From the NCBI GenBank assembly GCA_003144275.1, contig NJBF01000033.1, positions 17,443 through 49,442 on the forward strand: a stretch of DNA of 32,000 nucleotides, given 5' to 3'. The position numbers and the translations under genes are program-made. The stretch is from Candidatus Heimdallarchaeota archaeon B3_Heim. Lineage in GTDB: Archaea; Asgardarchaeota; Heimdallarchaeia; Hodarchaeales; Hodarchaeaceae. Below the pieces are notes generated by a model. It had not been told where the DNA came from. It saw nothing but the letters and a program-made list of their open reading frames with translations, and did not search any database. Shown here in pieces: positions 9,369-17,442 of this stretch (within the stretch, counting starts at the first letter, position 1; every line of letters starts with the position of its first letter).

Positions 9369-10877
9369 ATGAAATTAACACTTAAAGAAATACCTTTAGA
9401 TTCACCATTCGCGCTTATTAATGAGCAAAATTTTCCTAAAGCAATTACTTATCCATGTCAATTACGAATCTCATTTGATAGCACTTATTTTCCTGTACAA
9501 GCTTATTTAACTAGTAAATATGTCGATAAAGGGGAGATTGGTTTGTCTGAATCTGTGATCAAACGATATGGCTTGTTGGAAGGGACGGAAGTGGATGTTC
9601 AGACTAGACGAACATTTGATTCAGTTGCACATAGACTGATTATTGATAAAGTTAAAGGAAATATGCTCAATAAAGAAGACATGGATACAATTACAAAGGG
9701 GTTCATGAATGCGGAGATTTCTCCTTCCCATTCTTCTGCATTTTTATTGAGCCAGCATTTCACAGAGTTCTCCTTGGATGAAATAGAAGCAATGGCCCGT
9801 TCTTTTGCCGATTCGGGAAAAATTCATGATTTTTCAGCTCCAGTCTTTGATAAACACAGCATTGGAGGTGTTCCAGGCAATAAAATTACGTTATTAATTG
9901 TACCCATCCTTGCTGCTGCTGGATTACTCATTCCCAAAACATCTACCTATGCTATCACTTCTGCCAGTGGCACAGCAGATACAATGTCGGTTTTGGCACC
10001 TGTTGAGTTAAATGCTGATGAGGTTTTTGATCTAGTTAAAAAAACGAAGGGATGTATAGTATCTGGCCGTGATATGGGGATTGCGCCCGTTGTTGATAAA
10101 ATTATCACAGAGGCTGCCTTTCCTTTGGGCATTGATCCTGAGTCCCTATTCCTTGCAGGAATATTAGCTAAAAAGCTTGCAATGGGAGTAGATTTTATGT
10201 GCTTGGATATTCCGGTTGGTACCGGCACTAAAGTTGATAATGAAGAAGATGGGCGTACTTTAGCCCGTTTATTTGTTAGTTTAGCATCTAGACTTGGTAT
10301 AAAAGCCGAAGCAGGATTAACCTATGCTAATGTCCCCGTTGGTCATAGTATAGGTCCTGCGTTAGAAGCTGCTGAGGCGTTAGATGCATTAGCTGGAAAA
10401 GGCCCTACTTCTTTAGTTGAAAAAAGCTGTGAATTAGCAGGGATTATTTTTGAGTTAGCAGGTATGACGGGTCGCGGTCTTGGCAAACCATTTGCTGCCG
10501 ATATATTACACAGTGGAAAAGCTTTGAAAAAAATGCGTGAAATCATTGAAGGTCAGGGAGGAGATCCAAAAATATCCTCAGATGAAATTCGTGAAAAACT
10601 CGTTGGGAAACCTGTATTATCATATCAAGCACCTGGAGATGGGTGGCCTCATACTTGGAACAATTACGCTTTAAAAGAGATAGCTCGTGCAGCAGGGGCA
10701 CCAGGGGATCGATTAGCAGGAATCCAAATTTTATCCAAAAAAGAATCCGTGCGCAAGGGTGAGGAAGTTTTTCGTGTCTACGCATCCTCAGACTCGGCTT
10801 TGGATGAGGTAAGAGGGCTTATTGCCAAATTACGTCCCGTTATCGTTGAGAGTGTCCTTTTGGAAAGAGTTGCCTAA
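9369..10877 (+). CDS. deoA: AMP phosphorylase/thymidine phosphorylase family protein, paralog 2 (altered AMP-binding residues)
   Basis: DKHSIGGVPGNK, PKTSTYAITSASGTAD, GIDPESLFLAGILAKK, DIPVGTGTK, ARAAGAP. ATG 9369 (MKLTLKEIP) is preferred over GTG 9324. Confidence 0.92.
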   Translation: MKLTLKEIPLDSPFALINEQNFPKAITYPCQLRISFDSTYFPVQAYLTSKYVDKGEIGLSESVIKRYGLLEGTEVDVQTRRTFDSVAHRLIIDKVKGNMLNKEDMDTITKGFMNAEISPSHSSAFLLSQHFTEFSLDEIEAMARSFADSGKIHDFSAPVFDKHSIGGVPGNKITLLIVPILAAAGLLIPKTSTYAITSASGTADTMSVLAPVELNADEVFDLVKKTKGCIVSGRDMGIAPVVDKIITEAAFPLGIDPESLFLAGILAKKLAMGVDFMCLDIPVGTGTKVDNEEDGRTLARLFVSLASRLGIKAEAGLTYANVPVGHSIGPALEAAEALDALAGKGPTSLVEKSCELAGIIFELAGMTGRGLGKPFAADILHSGKALKKMREIIEGQGGDPKISSDEIREKLVGKPVLSYQAPGDGWPHTWNNYALKEIARAAGAPGDRLAGIQILSKKESVRKGEEVFRVYASSDSALDEVRGLIAKLRPVIVESVLLERVA

Positions 10878-10949
10878 ATATCTTAGTAATAAGTTCTACC
10901 ATTGAAAATTTCCTTTCTCAAAAATAGAGGCTGAGAAAGTATAGGCTTT

Positions 10950-11351
10950 TTAAATCATAGCTGCAAGCTTTTTTGCTGCACGTTTCATATCTAAAAGAAT
11001 TAATCCCAATTTAGCGTTGGCACGGGCGATACCTACTAGAACAGCATGCTCTCCAGAATCACGAATAATGACTATTCCATTGGATCCAGTGATAATCACC
11101 TGTTCCATTATCCCTCTCTCTAACTCAACAACCACTCTTTCCGATAGCGATAAGCTAGCTGCTGTCATGGCAGAGATACGATCTTCGTCGGTATTAGTAT
11201 AGAGAGCACTCGCGATGGGTAATCCATCTCTGGTTACAACGGCAAGCCCTTCTAAATCTGGAATTCTGCTTTGAACATCTTTCAAAATTTGTTCAATTTG
11301 TGCCAACCTATCCATAATTTCTTGGTCATCATTCTCTAGCAATCGGTTCAC
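10950..11351 (-). CDS. Roadblock/LC7 (MglB-like) domain protein
   Basis: GLAVVTRDGLPIAS, EDRISAMTAASLSLSERVVVEL, ITGSNGIVII and AKLGLILLDMKRAAKKL are canonical for the family, with a short N-terminal helical extension. Confidence 0.92.
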   Translation of the reverse strand: MNRLLENDDQEIMDRLAQIEQILKDVQSRIPDLEGLAVVTRDGLPIASALYTNTDEDRISAMTAASLSLSERVVVELERGIMEQVIITGSNGIVIIRDSGEHAVLVGIARANAKLGLILLDMKRAAKKLAAMI

Positions 11352-11731
11352 CTGAATGGCTTAACTAAGTTCTAGCTATATTGTTTTTAATGGTTTTGTT
11401 ATATTAAAGTATTGCCAAATAAATTGTCTTGAACTGAAAAAGAATCTGTGACGTGTATTCTAGTTTCCCCGATCAGATTTTCAGACACTGTTTGGATTTT
11501 ATTATTTCGATGTTGTAAAGTATACTTTTAAATATGAATTTCTAATCCTCTCTGGATAGAAAAGTGAGTCCAGGGATAATATTTAGCCATCATCGTCCTC
11601 CTCCTCAAGAAGAAAAGACTATAGAGCTCCTCTTTACTTTTTTTCTTCTTTTTTTTCAGACTTAAATTCGAAAAATCAAGAAAAGTTTTTCTTATCCTTA
11701 GAATTATTTTAGAAAAACCTCTATAAGAGTA

Positions 11732-12235
11732 GTGACTGCTGAAAAGAATTCATCTGATAATCTCTTGTATCGGTTTATTAGGAGTTTATGTTATATGGCA
11801 GAAAACAATAAAATGGCTTACTATGTCGGCACGTTTATCTTTGTAATTATTGGGTACTTTGTATCCTTATTTGTGGAGGATCTTCTAGCTGAAGTTGCTC
11901 CATCAGAGTCTATTCTCGAAATATTTACCCCTTTCAGGGTAATGTGGATTTTTACAGCTCTTGTCTGGTTCATATTCCTCTTTGTAGTATACTGGGGATC
12001 TACTATGTTCACAGATTTCGGTGAAAGAACTGGTTTAGCCTCAATTACTTTTGTGATAACATTAATTATCGCTACATTAGCAATGGTCATTGCTTATATA
12101 ATCTTTAACTTAGTTAACGACTCTTCAGTTACAATTGATTTGGATTACTTACTGGATAGCTATTTCATTGTTTTAAGAAGTAGTGTAGCACCTGCAGTGG
12201 CAGCAACTTTTGGTTATAGTAATAAATCGAAGTAG
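11732..12235 (+). CDS. Hypothetical membrane protein (4 TM)
   Basis: 167-aa ORF with four hydrophobic helices, followed by a T-rich tract at about 12240-12262. Confidence 0.7.
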   Translation: MTAEKNSSDNLLYRFIRSLCYMAENNKMAYYVGTFIFVIIGYFVSLFVEDLLAEVAPSESILEIFTPFRVMWIFTALVWFIFLFVVYWGSTMFTDFGERTGLASITFVITLIIATLAMVIAYIIFNLVNDSSVTIDLDYLLDSYFIVLRSSVAPAVAATFGYSNKSK

Positions 12236-12283
12236 AAATTAATTTTCTCTTCTCTTTTTTTCTATTATAGGAGATTTTATTGA

Positions 12284-13468
12284 ATGGATAATGTTGTAAT
12301 AGTAGAAGCCGTCAGATCGGCAATAGGTAGTTTCGGAGGCACTTTAAAGGATATACAAGCTCCTGATATTGCTTCTGTCGTCATGAAAGCAGTTATTGAA
12401 CGGAATGGCGTTGAGAACATTGCAGAGCAAATTAATGATGTTAGATTTGGATGTTGTGTTGAAGACAATCGCTATATGAATGTCGCCCGAATTGCAGCTT
12501 TACGAGCAGGTATTCCCAAAGAGGTACCTGCAGTAACGCTTAATCGTGTTTGCACCTCCGCAATGGAAGCTATTGTCTCTGGAATGCACCAGATACAAGC
12601 TGAACCAACTAGTGAAATTATTCTCGCTGGTGGGGTGGAATCTATGAGTACAATTCCCTACCTTTCTTATGATATGCGTTGGGGATCTCGATACTTTGAT
12701 AAAGTATTCGTTGATGGTGTTATGGAGGGTCTTAAGGCTGGGGGTGACAAACTCATGGGTATGACCGCGGAAATATTGGCTGAAGAATTTAAATTGACTA
12801 GAGAAGAATTAGATGAAGTTGCCTATCGTTCACATCAGAATGCCTTAAAAGCAACATCATCTGGCCGATTTAAGGATGAAATTGTCCCAATTGAGGTGAA
12901 AACACGAAAAGGAGTAACCAATTTTGAAGTTGATGAACATCCACGTGATTATTCCCTTGATCAATTAGCAAAAATGAGACCTGTGTTCAAAAAAGATGGA
13001 GTTGTTACATCTGGAAATGCCTCAGGGATTAATGATGGAGCAGCTGCAGTTCTAATAATGAGTGAATCAAAAGCTGATGACTTGGGTATAAAATCATTAG
13101 CTAAAATAGTTGGTTATGGCATAAGTGGTGTAGATCCCGATCGAATGGGTATGGGCCCAGTTCCAGCTACAAAAAACTTGTTTTCTAAAGTGTCTGATTA
13201 TACTTTTGACGATATCGGGCTTATAGAAATGAATGAAGCATTTGCTGCAACATATCTTGCTGCAGAACGCGAAATGGGTTTTGAACGTGAAATTGCTAAT
13301 GTAAATGGATCTGGGATAGGGTTAGGTCATCCTGTAGGATGTACTGGTTCACGCATTACAGTAACCCTTTTACACGAAATGATTAAGCGTCAAGAATCGG
13401 TTGGGTTGTCCACATTATGTGGTGGGGGTGGACTAGGTATGTCCCTCTTACTCACACGCGATATATAG
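12284..13468 (+). CDS. Acetyl-CoA C-acyltransferase (thiolase)
   Basis: NRVCTS (nucleophile Cys), AGGVESMS, NASGINDGAAA, NEAFAA, GHPVGCTG, LCGGGG. A GGAG SD-like element lies upstream. Confidence 0.95.
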   Translation: MDNVVIVEAVRSAIGSFGGTLKDIQAPDIASVVMKAVIERNGVENIAEQINDVRFGCCVEDNRYMNVARIAALRAGIPKEVPAVTLNRVCTSAMEAIVSGMHQIQAEPTSEIILAGGVESMSTIPYLSYDMRWGSRYFDKVFVDGVMEGLKAGGDKLMGMTAEILAEEFKLTREELDEVAYRSHQNALKATSSGRFKDEIVPIEVKTRKGVTNFEVDEHPRDYSLDQLAKMRPVFKKDGVVTSGNASGINDGAAAVLIMSESKADDLGIKSLAKIVGYGISGVDPDRMGMGPVPATKNLFSKVSDYTFDDIGLIEMNEAFAATYLAAEREMGFEREIANVNGSGIGLGHPVGCTGSRITVTLLHEMIKRQESVGLSTLCGGGGLGMSLLLTRDI

Positions 13469-13541
13469 TTAAAATAATAATTCGTTTTCCTCCTTTTTTT
13501 GTGTCTCATTAGTCAATTCTCTCAAAATAATTTTAACCAAA

Positions 13542-14279
13542 TCATTGATAGATTTTCCCAAGTCCAAGTATTAGGATAACGAAAATAAAAATGAAGAGAA
13601 GAATCGATATAACAGGTAAATCTCCTCCCATTTCACTCATTTCAGTCGTGGAATCTTGTAATTGTTCTGAGACGAGTTCAAATAAAGTTATCATTTCATT
13701 ATTTGATATTAATGTCATTGACCAGTATACGAGCCAACCTGTCTGCCAATTTCTCATGATCATAATCTTGATGCGTGGTGTATTACCACCAAAGGGGAGA
13801 GGGGATTCACTTGACATTATTATAAGATTATCCTTAAAAGTTACATTGTGTAATTCATTTTGGCTAATCCAATATGATTGATTAGATGTTGTTTTCATTA
13901 CATATTGAAAATTTATAAAACCGAGAGTGTAGTTATCAGATCGGTCTTTCTCTGTAATATTCCCGTCATAAATAACTCTTATTGTAGCACGGTCAGCAAT
14001 TTCACTACTAAGACTTATAATTTCGACTGTGATTTTAGAACCTTTTCCAAGGGTAACTTCGACTATATTTCCATCCTTCGTTGTGACTGGAAATCTTATT
14101 AAACTAGCCAGATTTTCATCAGGTTCGTTATCATCATAATAATCAATTACAGTATATGTTTCTCGATTACTTATATTTACTTTCCATTCCAGATCTTGTG
14201 TAAAATGCTGTACTGAGAAATGACTTGCAGAAAACACTAATAATATTAGAACTATACTCAGAAGTTTTGTTTTTTGCAT
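13542..14279 (-). CDS. Hypothetical exported protein with a single C-terminal membrane anchor
   Basis: Signal peptide MQKTKLLSIVLILLVFSA, a beta-rich ectodomain and a C-terminal TM helix. No family recognised. Confidence 0.7.
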   Translation of the reverse strand: MQKTKLLSIVLILLVFSASHFSVQHFTQDLEWKVNISNRETYTVIDYYDDNEPDENLASLIRFPVTTKDGNIVEVTLGKGSKITVEIISLSSEIADRATIRVIYDGNITEKDRSDNYTLGFINFQYVMKTTSNQSYWISQNELHNVTFKDNLIIMSSESPLPFGGNTPRIKIMIMRNWQTGWLVYWSMTLISNNEMITLFELVSEQLQDSTTEMSEMGGDLPVISILLFIFIFVILILGLGKIYQ

Positions 14280-14522
14280 ATATTTTGACTCGACTTCGTC
14301 TAATCTTGTAGAATATGTACTCAGACTTCTAGATACTTACATTTAGTCTTAAAAAGTTCTCCAGTCCATAGGATTCATATTGATATTTAGCCTCTTTCTT
14401 TGAAGAAATTATGTGGGAATGATTATATATTTCTTTTATACATCTTTTCTAGTCTTCAAGAGTCCTAAAAGAGTTTCTTAATTCATTAAATAGTTTTTTG
14501 TATAAAATTATATCGCCTAAGA

Positions 14523-14885
14523 TTAAGGGTCACTCTTAATATCCTCATTATTTTGCGAGGACGGACTAGGTGCATCCTGTTTACTCACGCGAGAAAAATA
14601 ATCTTTTTCAAAGAATTTATCCAATGTGGGACGTGTTTCCCACTCCTTTCTCTTTTTGGAGCTAATCTTAGTAAGAACTTGTAGATTACGCGAGGGGATT
14701 CTACTGCAGTCAAATTTGATCTTAAAACATGCTTTATTGGGAGTACATTCACCTTCAAAGAAATAACTGTCATCAGGTTGAATTTTCAATTGACCCACGT
14801 TTGGATGACGGCAATAACAGAGTATTCTTTCTTTTCCACTATTATTGGCCTTTTCTAATTCTCTGAAGAATGAATCGAATGGCAT
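14523..14885 (-). CDS. Hypothetical small Cys-rich protein
   Basis: 120-aa ATG ORF with CYCRH, ECTPNKAC and FDC, plus a disordered tail. An AT-rich promoter-like region lies upstream. Confidence 0.5.
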   Translation of the reverse strand: MPFDSFFRELEKANNSGKERILCYCRHPNVGQLKIQPDDSYFFEGECTPNKACFKIKFDCSRIPSRNLQVLTKISSKKRKEWETRPTLDKFFEKDYFSRVSKQDAPSPSSQNNEDIKSDP

Positions 14886-15438
14886 TTGACGTAATCCTTA
14901 GTTGTTGTTACTGTAATAAGAACAAAATCATTCCCTATTTAAAAATGTATGATTTAAGTCGGCTTAAAAACTTATTTGTTTTCATTTCTTTTTTATCGAA
15001 TTTTGATCTCAGGTTTGACACATTGATTCCCTGAGTAGTCTTCGATGGAATGATTATTTTGAATGAAGACATGAAAGAAGCATTTGTGGAGGTAAATCAG
15101 CTTATAGAAGTAATCACAGATTTAAATGAAAGCAAACGGGAAGTTTGATCGGAAAATCAATGTGGCTGTAATTCCTGAAGCTTCTCGACGAATCACCATC
15201 ATTCTTGTTCTTTCTTTAATTATTAATTAGAATAGGGAATACGAATCTATGCTAACTCACTCCTCAGATAAGTTCAAATTGGCACAAGAAAAGCCTAAGT
15301 CTTGATTCTTTTTATAGAGGAATGGCATCTGCGATAAGAAATGCAGTAGGAGAATATTCAACCTTATTTCTAATTTGGACTAATTAATTTCTTGCGGATG
15401 AATAAGATTATTTGATGAATGCTTAAAAGAGGTTATTT

Positions 15439-16194
15439 ATGAGTAATTCACTTTTATCTGGTGGGAATCATTACGATTTACTAATTAATTGGGAAAAAAG
15501 GTTAGCTCGTGAGATCCCATTTCTTTCGAGTTTTTTTTCTAAACAAATATCAGCTAGAAGTTCAATCTTCTCTGTTGGTTGCGGGACTGGGCGGCATCTG
15601 AAAGAATTGTACCAAAATTTCCGTTGTTCCTTAACAGGGACAGATCTCGACCCCACCATGATTGAGGAAGCAAAAAAAAGGGTTCCTGAAGCTGAATTCA
15701 TTGTAGGGGATTTTCTTGATCCTAATTTATTGCCAATGAGGTCATTTGACGCCATCTATAGTCTAGGGAATTCAATTGGATTAATTGCTTCTTCAACTGG
15801 TTCATTTAAACCTGTTATAACCAAAATTTATCGACATCTTAAGCCGAAAGGTATTTTGATATTCCAAATATTAAATACCATGAAAGAACGTAATGGCTGG
15901 TCACCTCCTAGAAGTGTTCTTACTCCAAATGGTGAATATGTCTTTCTACGTGGATTTTCTACCGATGAGAAGTTTATCCATCCAGAAATAGTCACTCTTT
16001 TTCGAAAATCAGAGGGTTCCGATTACGAATTGGTGACAACTGGTAAAACTAATATTCCCCGTATATCTGTACACAAAATGAAAGAATTATTGGAAGAAAC
16101 TCAATTCAAAAATATTGAAGTGTATGGCAGTTATAACAAGGTTTCTTATGATGGGGATTCTTCAACAGATATGATATTTGTATGTAACAAATGA
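15439..16194 (+). CDS. Class I SAM-dependent methyltransferase (glycine/sarcosine N-methyltransferase-like N-terminus)
   Basis: GCGTGRH, GTDLDPTMI, FDAIYSLGNS, LKPKGILIF; N-terminal YDLLINWEKRLARE. A GAGGT SD lies upstream. Confidence 0.85.
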   Translation: MSNSLLSGGNHYDLLINWEKRLAREIPFLSSFFSKQISARSSIFSVGCGTGRHLKELYQNFRCSLTGTDLDPTMIEEAKKRVPEAEFIVGDFLDPNLLPMRSFDAIYSLGNSIGLIASSTGSFKPVITKIYRHLKPKGILIFQILNTMKERNGWSPPRSVLTPNGEYVFLRGFSTDEKFIHPEIVTLFRKSEGSDYELVTTGKTNIPRISVHKMKELLEETQFKNIEVYGSYNKVSYDGDSSTDMIFVCNK

Positions 16195-16494
16195 AGATAG
16201 ATGAGAATTTTTCTAATTCTGACCTATCAGCTGAACATTTTAACAGCTTTTAACTCGTTCAGCTAAAAAACACGGTTTTAAATATAAGAAAGAGCTTCTA
16301 TATTACCTTCTTTGATTTTCATCAGACTTGTTGCACCGTTGGGAAGTGTATCCATCCTAAAATTGGCCTGATCATTTAAAACAGATTTTTAAAAGGTAAT
16401 CATGGCTCACGTGACTAAATATGGATGCTAAAGGAGAAAAAATAAAAAATATCAATTAAAACCTACATTGATCAACAAAATTATGGCAATAATC

Positions 16495-16516
16495 AACATT
16501 GCGCAATGTTTATAAA
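16495..16516 (+). promoter_or_regulatory. Perfect 16-bp palindrome overlapping a TATA-box candidate upstream of the surface-protein operon
   Basis: AACATTGCGCAATGTT (16495-16510) overlaps TTTATAAA (16509-16516), about 65 bp before ATG 16582. Confidence 0.5.
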
Positions 16517-16581
16517 TGTTGAACATCCGAAGTATCCTAATTTATATGGGTATAGCTAAACATATACAGGGTCGTTATGAG

Positions 16582-17442
16582 ATGAAAAAACTTAGATTAT
16601 TAGTTTATGCGTTCATTGTCGGGTTTTTAACACTTCAGTTTTGTATAACCAGTGGTTTAATTACAGAAGAGATTCAATTTATCACCAGTTATTGGAATAC
16701 TACTGATTATGATAGTGGAATAGGACTAGATGATTGGAACGAAGCTGGAGGTATAAATTTCATATTTTCTGGTTATAAAGGGAAGTTGTATGTAAAAAAT
16801 GATAATCTGAACTTGTATTTAGGCATTCTGATTTTAGGAGAGCCGAACGGTAGTATGACATGGCGAGTTAACTTTGACATTGACGCTGACGGTTATTGGG
16901 CTGAGGATGTCAAAGAGTTAGGGATAGTAGAAAATGGAGGTGGTGGATATCAGCTGGAGATTGATGATCAAAGATACCTTCAGGGTGATCCTACCCCTTA
17001 CAGTGATTCCAAATCAGATGATTTCACTGCCGTGCTAAGAATTTTCGATTATTTGGGAGATAATTATACGATCTTTGAATTAACTATACCTCTTCAATCT
17101 GACGATCTTCTCAATGATCTTCAAGTATCTAATCCGGAAGAAAGTATAATTGGAATCTCATTGGATGTTTTTCATAATGGATTAGGCATTAATGGGACGT
17201 GGAAAGGAAACTCTTATCCAAATTTTGCTGATTCCCTCAACTATGCCCAGATCATTTTTGCAGGGCCTCAAGACCGCCAAATTCCCATATTTGAAGAAGA
17301 ACCACCTCTTACTACAACGACGACTACAGAAGAGGCTACGTGGGCACCAGAGGGAGCTGCAGGGGATGAGTTTGGAATGTGGATTTGCCTACTCGGTCTT
17401 GGATGCGCTTCATACATTATTCAGAGGAGACGAAGAAGATGA
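16582..17442 (+). CDS. Membrane-anchored surface protein with a DOMON/CBM9-like domain
   Basis: Signal peptide MKKLRLLVYAFIVG; LYVKNDNLNLYLGI, NFDIDADG and FELTIPL fit DOMON/CBM9-like strands; then a P/T/E linker, a TM helix and RRRRR. The ORF-track start at 16516 sits in the TATA box. Confidence 0.7.
   Translation: MKKLRLLVYAFIVGFLTLQFCITSGLITEEIQFITSYWNTTDYDSGIGLDDWNEAGGINFIFSGYKGKLYVKNDNLNLYLGILILGEPNGSMTWRVNFDIDADGYWAEDVKELGIVENGGGGYQLEIDDQRYLQGDPTPYSDSKSDDFTAVLRIFDYLGDNYTIFELTIPLQSDDLLNDLQVSNPEESIIGISLDVFHNGLGINGTWKGNSYPNFADSLNYAQIIFAGPQDRQIPIFEEEPPLTTTTTTEEATWAPEGAAGDEFGMWICLLGLGCASYIIQRRRRR

Noticed and set aside
11584-11670. Minus-strand KSEKKEEKK...EEEDDDG string resembling a ribosomal stalk protein tail
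   Set aside because: It is interrupted by several stops and explained by low-complexity purine tracts.
16229-16264. 8-bp-arm inverted repeat AGCTGAAC-N20-GTTCAGCT after the methyltransferase
   Set aside because: The loop is long and no U-tract follows on either strand, so it is not a convincing terminator. Its length is compatible with chance.
16407-16507. Matches to eukaryotic motifs (E-box TCACGTGA; C/EBP ATTGCGCAAT inside the palindrome)
   Set aside because: Short palindromes match such consensus sites by chance, and there is no evidence for bHLH/bZIP factors here. The palindrome is reported only as a generic operator candidate.
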